Positions 1 to 8,491 are shown, counted from the stretch's first letter. The stretch: DNA of 25,839 nt from Nitrosomonas europaea (GCF_900167395.1 NZ_FUWK01000037.1:1-25839), one strand, 5' to 3'. Numbers and translations are program-made. Notes: generated by a model from the sequence alone, not told the origin.

Positions 1-195
1 CTTGATATTGGGCTTACGTCGGTTTGCATCTATCAGAGCTTCAACACCTCCTGTTTCCACAGCTGCCTGATAGCGATAGAAAGTATCGCGAGAAAAACCC
101 ATCACCTTACAGGCACGGGATACATTGCCAAGCTCAGCTGCCAGATTAAGCAAGCCAATCTTGTGTTTAATGATTTTATGATGAACACTGCTCAT
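1..195 (-). CDS. IS481-family transposase, N-terminal helix-turn-helix part (partial, runs off the window).
   Basis: The minus-strand ATG is at 195..193. My own translation is MSSVHHKIIKHKIGLLNLAAELGNVSRACKVMGFSRDTFYRYQAAVETGGVEALIDANRRKPNIK. The LLNLAAELGNVSxACKVMGxSRDTFYRY HTH block is typical of IS481-family DDE transposases. The ORF is absent from the supplied track because it is truncated at the edge. Confidence 0.7.
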   Translation of the reverse strand, partial: MSSVHHKIIKHKIGLLNLAAELGNVSRACKVMGFSRDTFYRYQAAVETGGVEALIDANRRKPNIK

Positions 196-309
196 GGGAT
201 TACTCCTTTACGCTTTCGCGTTTGGTTGATAAAGATTCGCACCTCTATCAAACCGGGTAATCCCACCTCTTGGCAAGACCTGCTGTCAGATCAAATCTGA
301 ACTACTACA
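1..309 (-). mobile_element. End of an IS481-family insertion sequence. The element continues beyond the left window edge, and the terminus is proposed near 309.
   Basis: The transposase N-terminus is encoded at 195..1. About 110 nt of non-coding leader lies upstream of it. Reading inward on the minus strand from 309 gives TGTAGTAGTTCAGATTTGATCTGACAG, a TG-initiated terminus containing an internal inverted motif (TCAGAT..ATCTGA). The exact end cannot be fixed without the other terminus. Confidence 0.5.
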
Positions 310-358
310 GATTATTGTTTAGTTTATGTGCAACTGATCTATTGAACGCTAAAAATGA

Positions 359-1276
359 TCAGGCTATTTTTGCTTTGTAGCGACGCTTAATACCTAAACC
401 TGCAAGGCCAATACTCAGGAGTGCTAAAGTACCCGGCTCTGGAACTGCACCCGGATCAATTACTGGAACACCACCATCACTAAGATTTACCCATAAACGA
501 TGGTTTTGTAATACGCCAGCAATCCCATTCAGAGTAGAACCCTCAAGTACATAGCCATTATTAAGCCCATCACCAAAACCTACGGCAGCCGGAACACAAC
601 CTGTTCCAATACCACCAATGCCTGAACATAAGCCTCCACTTCCACCGCCACTAGCACTACCAACTTCCCACCCCATCGTAGTCCAGAAGAACCCAATTTG
701 ACCCTCTCCATCAGGAATCAGGTAATCATCTTCGCGTACAACGAGCTGAAATGTATTTAATGGAGTAGCTTGTTGACTATAGTACCCCACACTTGGCCAT
801 GTAATAATAACTTCACTACCAGCAGCTGTAGTATGCGTCTGGAAGGACATCACTCCACTAGCAGCATTACGTGTGTCCACGTCAGCAAAAAACGCCGATA
901 TTATCGGTTGTGTTGCTCCTTGCAGGCCCATCGGAGTAAATGCAGATATACCATTGCCAAAACTGATATTTCCATTGTTATTTGCGTAAAATTGCGAATA
1001 TGTTGTGCCAAAAAGCGTCAAACCGCTGAAATCCAACCCAAAACTGATTGGTCCGCTAAAACCGTCATCATTTCTCCCAGTGGGATCACCAACATTTGCA
1101 GCGCTACCTCCACCAGTCATTACAAGTGTATTACCTATAGAAATGCCAAGGTCATCCGTCCAGAGCGTAGTAGAGGGTATGAGAGAACTCTGAGGAATTG
1201 TAAATACCTCTGCTTGTGCCAGCATTGGTAATCCGATCAGCATCGAAGTTGTAATTAAATTAAGACTTACTTTCAT
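359..1276 (-). CDS. Secreted PEP-CTERM sorting-domain protein with a nidogen-like (NIDO) domain.
   Basis: This is the track ORF 359..1432 trimmed to Met53 (ATG at 1276..1274), which gives the signal peptide MKVSLNLITTSMLIGLPMLAQA. The C-terminus VPEPGTLALLSIGLAGLGIKRRYK is a canonical PEP-CTERM motif followed by a TM helix and a basic cluster. The central block FYANNNGNISFGNGISAFTP...QPIISAFFADVDTR matches the NIDO hallmark (NG.isF ... iapfwaDvDt). Confidence 0.8.
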   Translation of the reverse strand: MKVSLNLITTSMLIGLPMLAQAEVFTIPQSSLIPSTTLWTDDLGISIGNTLVMTGGGSAANVGDPTGRNDDGFSGPISFGLDFSGLTLFGTTYSQFYANNNGNISFGNGISAFTPMGLQGATQPIISAFFADVDTRNAASGVMSFQTHTTAAGSEVIITWPSVGYYSQQATPLNTFQLVVREDDYLIPDGEGQIGFFWTTMGWEVGSASGGGSGGLCSGIGGIGTGCVPAAVGFGDGLNNGYVLEGSTLNGIAGVLQNHRLWVNLSDGGVPVIDPGAVPEPGTLALLSIGLAGLGIKRRYKAKIA

Positions 1277-1446
1277 ATAATTATTCCTATTATTATTGTT
1301 CCAGTTAGAAATCAAATCTACTTTAGTAGGATAAAAATGTAACACTGAGCACCTCAACCAACAGAAAGCAGCTAAGCACTCAACATCACCCAAGCAATTT
1401 TCATGCCATTCACATAAGTAATTGAATAACAATAATAAATAACGGA

Positions 1447-1455
1447 ATTATAGCA
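1447..1455 (-). promoter_or_regulatory. Candidate extended -10 promoter element (TGCTATAAT) for the PEP-CTERM gene.
   Basis: The minus strand reads ...GACATGACATTGCTATAATTCC, a perfect TGnTATAAT. It lies directly downstream of the GACAT repeat, about 170 nt upstream of the ATG at 1276. The repeat supplies ATGACA hexamers (5/6 match to TTGACA) every 5 nt. Confidence 0.4.
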
Positions 1456-1499
1456 ATGTCATGTCATGTCATGTCATGTCATGTCATGTCATGTCATGT
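1456..1499. repeat. Perfect pentanucleotide microsatellite (ATGTC)8 plus a partial ATGT copy.
   Basis: Direct reading shows eight perfect ATGTC units at 1456..1495 followed by ATGT at 1496..1499. The repeat sits in the divergent intergenic region between the PEP-CTERM gene and rof. Confidence 0.95.
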
Positions 1500-1742
1500 A
1501 AAAATTATCGACGGCTTCTGATACGCTGCAAGTAATTTTTTGAGATTTTCCGGGTGAAATTACGTATTTTTTCTCATAAACAAACCGGAAAACGGGAGAA
1601 ATTATCTGTAATTTCAATGATGAACAGACAAATAACAGAGAATGTAAAAAATTCCGACAAACTGCCTGCATCGATCAAACCTTTCCGCCCGATTGGCAGA
1701 TGCAGTTAAAATGGTGGGTGTTTTTTATTTTTGGATATCAAC

Positions 1743-2015
1743 ATGGCTCATTCCCTGATTTCCTGCGATTTGCACGACTACATCGAAGTAGCCTGTATGT
1801 ACAGCTATCAGGTCAGGTTGATTCTGAAAGATCAGTCAACCGTGGAAGGCAAGGCAAAGGATATTCTGACCGATGCGGAGAAGCGGGAATTTTTGCTGCT
1901 TGAAACCGAATCCGGGTCGCAGCAGGTCGAATTGATTTCGCTCGACAGGTTGCAGGTTCTGACACCCGGTGCACGGTTCAGTGAGGTCGTATTTTCAGAC
2001 ACCTGCGAGCCCTGA
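1743..2015 (+). CDS. rof: Rho-binding antiterminator Rof (YaeO family).
   Basis: The translation is MAHSLISCDLHDYIEVACMYSYQVRLILKDQSTVEGKAKDILTDAEKREFLLLETESGSQQVELISLDRLQVL. It follows the E. coli Rof pattern (INCDDYDNLELAC...L.L.LKDGE...GKA.DL....EYL.VE....RELRLDKI) and has a similar length of about 90 aa. The ATG at 1743 is preferred over the TTG at 1731. Confidence 0.75.
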   Translation: MAHSLISCDLHDYIEVACMYSYQVRLILKDQSTVEGKAKDILTDAEKREFLLLETESGSQQVELISLDRLQVLTPGARFSEVVFSDTCEP

Positions 2016-2094
2016 ACTCATCTCGATCAAAAGAAGATCAGAAACAGGCAGCGCCGGTAAGAATATGCGGCCTTTTCCACTCGGAATGACAGGA

Positions 2095-2820
2095 TCAGCG
2101 CCTGCCGTCGTACCACATCGGCAATTTCTTTTTGTTGCGTAACGTCCCGAGCGGGGACAGCACCAGGCGCAGAAACTGTCCAACGATTTCCCATCCGCTA
2201 TACAACTGCGTCTTCCTCGACGAAGTTTCGAGCGGATGGGCATTTAGAATCGCAAACTTGAGTTTGCGCTTACGCCCGTATTTTTTCAGTTTCTGGCTCA
2301 GATCAATTTCTTCCGCGGCGTAAAGGGTCAGATCAAACCCGCCTACTTCCCTGAACGCTGCCGCATTACACACTATCAGTGCACCCGCAGCCCAACCGAG
2401 CTGGACTGACAGAAATGTCCATATTCGCAGCAGCATTTCCGCCCACCAGGGCTGGCCCGGCATATAAAGCGTGCTGCCTGCACCTATGTGCCTGCCCTGC
2501 CTGATCAACTCAAAAATATCTCCTACCAGACCGGCATTCAACAAGCAATCCGCATCCATGAATACCAGCCAGTCTCCCCGAGCAGCGCCTGCACCGGCAG
2601 TTCTGGCTCGTGCGATATGATTGACCGGCTCGAACACGACTTGTGCCCCAGCCTGTTTAGCCAGTTGCGCGGTTGCATCTGTAGAGTTGTTATCCACTAC
2701 GATGATCTCACTGGTATAACCGTACGATCGATTGGCTGCCACCGCATCGGTAATCGAACGCAGACACGGCTCGATCAGCTGCTCTTCGTTGAAAGCCGGA
2801 ATGATGAAAGAAATGTGCAT
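2095..2820 (-). CDS. Family 2 glycosyltransferase (GT-A fold).
   Basis: The track ORF is trimmed to the ATG at 2820, giving MHISFIIPAFNEEQLIEPCLRSI. Supporting motifs are IIVVDNNSTDAT and FMDADC (a DxD-like motif), typical of GT2 enzymes. The N-terminal extension in the track depends on a TTG start and is unlikely to be real. Confidence 0.85.
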   Translation of the reverse strand: MHISFIIPAFNEEQLIEPCLRSITDAVAANRSYGYTSEIIVVDNNSTDATAQLAKQAGAQVVFEPVNHIARARTAGAGAARGDWLVFMDADCLLNAGLVGDIFELIRQGRHIGAGSTLYMPGQPWWAEMLLRIWTFLSVQLGWAAGALIVCNAAAFREVGGFDLTLYAAEEIDLSQKLKKYGRKRKLKFAILNAHPLETSSRKTQLYSGWEIVGQFLRLVLSPLGTLRNKKKLPMWYDGRR

Positions 2821-2852
2821 ATGACCTGTTTGGATTGGATATCTGAATAATC

Positions 2853-2860
2853 GGGGGGGG
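2853..2860. repeat. G8 homopolymer (C8 on the GT2 coding strand), 33-40 nt upstream of the GT2 start codon.
   Basis: Direct reading gives tcGGGGGGGGcagtcaa. On the minus strand the tract is immediately preceded by TTGACT (2867..2862). Confidence 0.9.
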
Positions 2861-3254
2861 CAGTCAATCCCACCGCACAACGATGGCCATGACTGGATTC
2901 AATACGACACCTTCGGCAAATCATAAATCAGTTTACCATCCCTCTGTTCGACAATCGCGAACGTATCCAGACTGAATCGCCCCGGGGCGGTTCACTAATC
3001 CGAGTGCTGGCAACTTTTACGGCGAACCCCGCAATTTTCTAGCGAGTGTTCGCTATAGTTACTGAGGTTTACCTATCTGTTGATCTGGCAAGGATTACAT
3101 GAGAAGAAAATATCATGCCAGATCAGCAGCAAGTGGCGTGCGCGGCAGGATGCGGTGAGGTACAACCCGCATCGTTCGGATTATTCTCCAGCCATTGCTG
3201 GAAATGATTCAATGCATCATCCCAATTTTCGGGATAAATTCTATGCGCGACATA

Positions 3255-3443
3255 TTAGCGAGAACGTTTAAAATTTTGGGGCCATTTTCTGGCTGTATGC
3301 ATGACAACCAGGATGCGAATATCCTTACTGGTTACCTGATAGACGAGAATGTATGGAAACTCATTCATTACTATCTCGTGCGTACCAGAAACACGACCAG
3401 GTTGACCAATTCCGGGAACGATCCAAACTGCTTGCAATAGCAT
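3255..3443 (-). pseudogene. C-terminal remnant of a ParE/RelE-superfamily toxin.
   Basis: The segment VPGIGQPGRVSGTHEIVMNEFPYILVYQVTSKDIRILVVMHTARKWP matches the C-terminal two thirds of ParE-type toxins (G.pGRv.GTRElv....PYiv.Y.v..d.i.IlrvlHgar.wP). The N-terminal third (about 35-40 aa) is missing, and no credible start or RBS is present. Confidence 0.55.
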
Positions 3444-3504
3444 CTAATTTTTGTTGTTTTTCTGGTGTCACTGATACACTCATACGTCCGGTTTCACTTG
3501 CCAT
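3361..3504 (-). pseudogene. N-terminal remnant of a ribbon-helix-helix (CopG-like) antitoxin, reading out of frame into the toxin remnant.
   Basis: From the ATG at 3504 the translation is MASETGRMSVSVTPEKQQKLDAIASSLDRSRNW, which resembles the RHH beta-strand plus first helix (v.l.pe....Ld.la....rSrs.l). After RSRNW the frame decays into nonsense and terminates. The toxin-like frame begins at the same nucleotides in another frame. Confidence 0.45.
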
Positions 3505-3656
3505 TTTTAGTTCCTGAATAAAAGTAATCACAGGTAATCGTTGCATGGGTAAACAGGATTTACAAGCTGAAATTACAAGCGAACCCCTGATGGATACCCG
3601 GGTTCATACGATCCTGATTTCCGTTTTTTTGAACAATTTACTTTACACACCTGCCT

Positions 3657-4106
3657 ATGACCTGGAAGCCCAATGTCACCGTTGCCGCTGTCATTGAACA
3701 GGATGACAAATATCTATTAGTAGAAGAAATTCCCAGAGGCACTGCAATAAAACTCAACCAGCCGGCTGGTCATCTGGAGCCTGGTGAATCGATCATCCAG
3801 GCATGCAGCCGCGAGGTACTGGAAGAAACCGGCCATAGTTTTCTGCCTGAAGTATTGACCGGTATTTATCATTGGACTTGCGCTTCGAATGGTACCACCT
3901 ACCTGCGCTTTACCTTCTCCGGCCAGGTTGTTTCTTTTGACCCTGACAGAAAACTGGATACCGGTATCGTACGGGCAGCCTGGTTCAGCATCGATGAAAT
4001 CCGTGCAAAACAGGCAATGCATCGCACACCTCTGGTGATGCAATGTATCGAAGATTATCACGCCGGGAAAAGGTATCCGCTGGATATCCTGCAGTATTAC
4101 GATTGA
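3657..4106 (+). CDS. nudJ: NUDIX hydrolase, NudJ-like.
   Basis: The NUDIX box is GHLEPGESIIQACSREVLEETG. From memory it is collinear with E. coli NudJ (KPHVTVA.V......FL.VEE......NQPAGHLE, C-terminal GQRYPL). The gene symbol is tentative. Confidence 0.8.
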   Translation: MTWKPNVTVAAVIEQDDKYLLVEEIPRGTAIKLNQPAGHLEPGESIIQACSREVLEETGHSFLPEVLTGIYHWTCASNGTTYLRFTFSGQVVSFDPDRKLDTGIVRAAWFSIDEIRAKQAMHRTPLVMQCIEDYHAGKRYPLDILQYYD

Positions 4107-4375
4107 CGGATAACCCGTCTAAGGAACCCCGTACCGGGGAAACATACCTAATCAGGCATAGCAGAAAATATGGCCTGTTGAGCCAGCAGGAACGAAGGTG
4201 ACAAACCTGTCATGGAAATACATCGTTATACTGCTTGCCGCGTTTTTTGTTATACAATCCAGCCGCGGCTCATGTAATCGTTGATGAGGACGAATCAGGC
4301 TGAAATCAATAAACTGGCTGAAAAAGAAATATATTTGAATAGCGTTGGAACTCAAGATTATAAAGTGGAGAGAAT

Positions 4376-4987
4376 ATGAACAAGGTTCTTCGAAATAGTG
4401 GCATTGCAGGGCTATGCCTCGCATTATCAATATTTTTATTGTCGGCACCTGCATCGGCCCAGCTAATGCTTGCACATGAGGGACATCATGATGCCGGCGG
4501 ATGCAAAATTGAAGGAGGGGATTTCCCGGTAACAGTCAGTGTCTATGAAGTTCCTGAAGGGAATATCCCTCCTATGCACTCGTACTGCAATCATCTTCCT
4601 GATGCTGGCAAAATCAACATGACGGTCGAGCTTTCTGATTCCCAGACACGTGAAGTTCCCATTGCCGTGAGAGTCCTGATGGAAGGACACGAAAATAGTG
4701 ATCATGGAGCACATGAAGTGCTGTACATGCCTGCCGAGAAATATTCATCCGGCATTATCGTCGTTGCCACCAACCTGGAGCATCTCGGACAATATACGGT
4801 TCAGCTCGAAACGGAAGACAGTGCAGGCCAGGTTAAAACTGCAGTCAAAATCCCGTTGCATGTCGGAGGCGGTGGTGGTCACGACCATGGATCCAATTTT
4901 GGCATGCTGGAAATGATTTTACTTGCCGTCGTAGGCGGAGTAGGTACTTTCATTTTCATGCGCTCGAAAAAAGCTGCAAACGCTTAA
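4376..4987 (+). CDS. His-rich exported protein with a C-terminal membrane anchor; function unknown, possibly metal binding.
   Basis: A GGAGAG Shine-Dalgarno lies upstream of the ATG. The signal peptide is MNKVLRNSGIAGLCLALSIFLLSAPASA/Q. There are three His clusters (HEGHHD, GHENSDHGAHE, GGGGGHDHG) and two Cys residues. The terminal TM helix is MLEMILLAVVGGVGTFIF followed by the basic tail MRSKK. Confidence 0.7.
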   Translation: MNKVLRNSGIAGLCLALSIFLLSAPASAQLMLAHEGHHDAGGCKIEGGDFPVTVSVYEVPEGNIPPMHSYCNHLPDAGKINMTVELSDSQTREVPIAVRVLMEGHENSDHGAHEVLYMPAEKYSSGIIVVATNLEHLGQYTVQLETEDSAGQVKTAVKIPLHVGGGGGHDHGSNFGMLEMILLAVVGGVGTFIFMRSKKAANA

Positions 4988-5132
4988 ATCCTGCCGTATC
5001 GAAGCATGCAATAATGGTCAACAAATCAGCCTGCATGCTTCATTCATCTAATATCTCAAAAGAACAGCGGCATCAGCTGCACGATAAAATGTGGGTTGAT
5101 GACAGTTTTTTATCTGGCATAGAAAGAGAATC

Positions 5133-5615
5133 ATGGCTCTCAGTTTGACATCTCCATCTTTTTCCCACCAGGGTTTGATTCCGGTGTGCCATACCTGTGA
5201 TGGTAAGGATTTTTCACCGGAACTCGCTTGGACCGGGGTGCCGGAAAATACCAAAAGTCTGGTGTTGATCGTGGATGACCCGGATGCTCCCGATCCGCAG
5301 GCACCCAAGATGACGTGGGTACACTGGATTCTTTACAATATCCCGCCTGCCACTCGCAAATTACCAGAACGAGTAACCGTTGCTGAATTACCCTCAGGCA
5401 CGCTCGAAGGTGTAAATGACTGGGAACGAACCGGCTATGGCGGACCCTGTCCACCCATCGGAACCCATCGCTATTTTCATAAACTGTACGCACTGGATAC
5501 CTTGTTGCCTGATTTGAATCAGCCAACCAAAGCGATTCTGGAAAAGGCCATGCAAGGACATATCATTGCCCGGACTGAGCTGATTGGCCTGTATCACCGT
5601 TCTGACAACGTCTGA
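5133..5615 (+). CDS. YbhB/YbcL-family Raf-kinase-inhibitor-like protein (PEBP family).
   Basis: Hallmark PEBP motifs are present: LIVDDPDAPDP, WVHWILYNIP and GYGGPCPPIGTHRYFHKLYALD. There is no signal peptide, so it resembles cytoplasmic YbhB. Confidence 0.9.
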   Translation: MALSLTSPSFSHQGLIPVCHTCDGKDFSPELAWTGVPENTKSLVLIVDDPDAPDPQAPKMTWVHWILYNIPPATRKLPERVTVAELPSGTLEGVNDWERTGYGGPCPPIGTHRYFHKLYALDTLLPDLNQPTKAILEKAMQGHIIARTELIGLYHRSDNV

Positions 5616-5704
5616 CAAAGCAGTCAGGTTGAAAACCAATCAAATCCAGTCACACACCCATCCTGACTGATCCCATCCCGATTCAGCTTGCCGCCCTTCT
5701 TTAT

Positions 5705-6229
5705 ATGTCAATCAAATCACGTATCCGTACCATCCCGCATTACCCCCATGAAGGCATCATGTTCCGGGATATCACCACACTCCTGAAAGATCCGGCTGGA
5801 CTGCGCTCGACCATCGACGGAATCGTTCAACGCTATCAAACCGAAAAGATCGATAAAGTCGTCGGCATTGAATCACGTGGATTCATCATTGCTGCACCGG
5901 TTGCGTATGCACTGAGCGCCGGATTCGTTCCTGTTCGCAAACAAGGTAAATTACCGGCCGAAACCATTGGCTGCGATTATCAGCTGGAATACGGTTATGA
6001 CAAAGTCGAGATTCACGTGGATGCGATCGATAAAGGGGATCGCGTATTACTGATCGATGATCTGATTGCAACAGGTGGAACGATGGAAGCTGCAATCAAG
6101 CTGGTTCAGGAGGCAGGTGGAGAAGTGATTGAATGCTGTTTCGTGATCGATTTGCCTGATATCGGTGGAAGCAGGCGACTGCGTCAGCAAGGTCATCGAC
6201 TGTTTTCGCTCTGCAGTTTTGAAGATTGA
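5705..6229 (+). CDS. apt: Adenine phosphoribosyltransferase.
   Basis: Motifs are IRTIPHYPHEGIMFRDITTLL, the PRPP-binding loop VLLIDDLIATGGT and GIESRGF. The length of 174 aa is typical of Apt. Confidence 0.95.
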   Translation: MSIKSRIRTIPHYPHEGIMFRDITTLLKDPAGLRSTIDGIVQRYQTEKIDKVVGIESRGFIIAAPVAYALSAGFVPVRKQGKLPAETIGCDYQLEYGYDKVEIHVDAIDKGDRVLLIDDLIATGGTMEAAIKLVQEAGGEVIECCFVIDLPDIGGSRRLRQQGHRLFSLCSFED

Positions 6230-6378
6230 TCTGCTCGACGATACCCGTTTTTCAGGCCAGAAAAAGTCCGCAAACATCTATTTCCAATCCGGAAGAGCCA
6301 TTGCAGTGCTAATATTTGCCGTTCTGCTCGATTGCACTACTCGCTGATCGAGACTCCCGGAATGATTTTCCTGAATAA

Positions 6379-7758
<1,380 letters not shown>

Positions 7759-7804
7759 TGCACACTATATTTGCCTGTATTAACACTAGAAAAGGAGGGT
7801 TCTG

Positions 7805-8491
7805 ATGCAAAACGACAATCACAGTACGGCTCAGCCGGAAAAGGATGTTGCCCGGCTCACAGAAGAAGTCAGGGAGGCAATTGCACACGGTGGTGATATT
7901 GAGAATGCCATCAGAAATCTTACGCTCAAGGCGATGCATTCCAATGGGTTGGATATCGAATCTCTGAAACAGATAGCAACTGCAGTCATGAAGGGTGTGC
8001 AAGAAGGTGCCCAGCAGAAAATGACACACGCTGCCGAGCAGTCTCACGCCGCTCAGTCACAAATCACCCAGGCAGTTGTCGGACTGGATACTGCTTTTGC
8101 TCAACTGGCCGGGGCTTCCAAACTGGCTCTGGAAGAAGCAGCAAGCAAGGCGAAACAGTTCTCTGATAGTGAACTGACCAAAGCCCAGGCAGATCTCAAA
8201 GACCTGGAAAGCGTATTTCTGGATACGTTGAAGCACACAGCGACTGCTGCGCAGGGTCTGATTGCCGAAACATTGCGGGATATGTTGTCCCACGCACAAC
8301 ACAACGGTACCGCAGTAGGGATGCAACTCAAAGATACGCTGGCTGTTTTCGCTCATCAAATGGCTTCAACCGGTCGCGCGCAATTCGAGGCAGGTGTAAA
8401 GCTCACACAAACGACCGCAGACCTTCTGTACAAGATTTCCACCGGGGTGTTATCCGGTATTACCAGCCAAACCAACCGGGACGACAAGTAA
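7805..8491 (+). CDS. Hypothetical Ala/Gln-rich, predicted all-alpha protein; no confident family assignment.
   Basis: A strong AGGAGG Shine-Dalgarno lies 6 nt upstream of the ATG. The 228-aa ORF has heptad-like amphipathic segments (AQLAGASKLALEEAASKAKQF, KAQADLKDLESVFLDTLKH) and no TM helix or signal peptide. Confidence 0.65.
   Translation: MQNDNHSTAQPEKDVARLTEEVREAIAHGGDIENAIRNLTLKAMHSNGLDIESLKQIATAVMKGVQEGAQQKMTHAAEQSHAAQSQITQAVVGLDTAFAQLAGASKLALEEAASKAKQFSDSELTKAQADLKDLESVFLDTLKHTATAAQGLIAETLRDMLSHAQHNGTAVGMQLKDTLAVFAHQMASTGRAQFEAGVKLTQTTADLLYKISTGVLSGITSQTNRDDK

Noticed and set aside
770-1231. 153-aa plus-strand ORF (and 1005..1193) antisense to the PEP-CTERM gene.
   Set aside because: It lies entirely within a well-supported minus-strand CDS. 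The translation is Cys/Arg/Ser-rich and low in complexity, with no motifs and no RBS. It is a shadow ORF.
1277-1432. N-terminal 52-aa extension of the PEP-CTERM ORF in the track.
   Set aside because: The extension (MLFNYLCEWHENCLGD...) precedes a textbook signal peptide that starts at Met53, so a signal peptide would not be internal. The region is more likely 5' UTR.
1489-1671. 60-aa minus-strand ORF abutting the pentanucleotide repeat.
   Set aside because: It has no RBS, an odd composition and a frame partly generated by the repeat itself (…YMT stop). It is treated as non-coding leader.
2897-3262. Short reading frames on the minus strand (MSRIEFIP.., IYPENWDDALNHFQQWLENNPNDAG.., RFSLDTFAIVEQRDGKLIYDLPKVSY) and plus-strand ORFs 3080..3271 and 3195..3440.
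   Set aside because: All are interrupted by stops, and I could not assign any of them to a family with confidence. The plus-strand ORFs are antisense to the ParE-like remnant. They are mentioned only as possible gene debris, not annotated.
3585-3615. tRNA-like GGGTTCATACGATCC string.
   Set aside because: It does not fit the T-arm consensus (GGTTCGAATCC-like with a complementary stem), and no acceptor or anticodon arms can be drawn around it.
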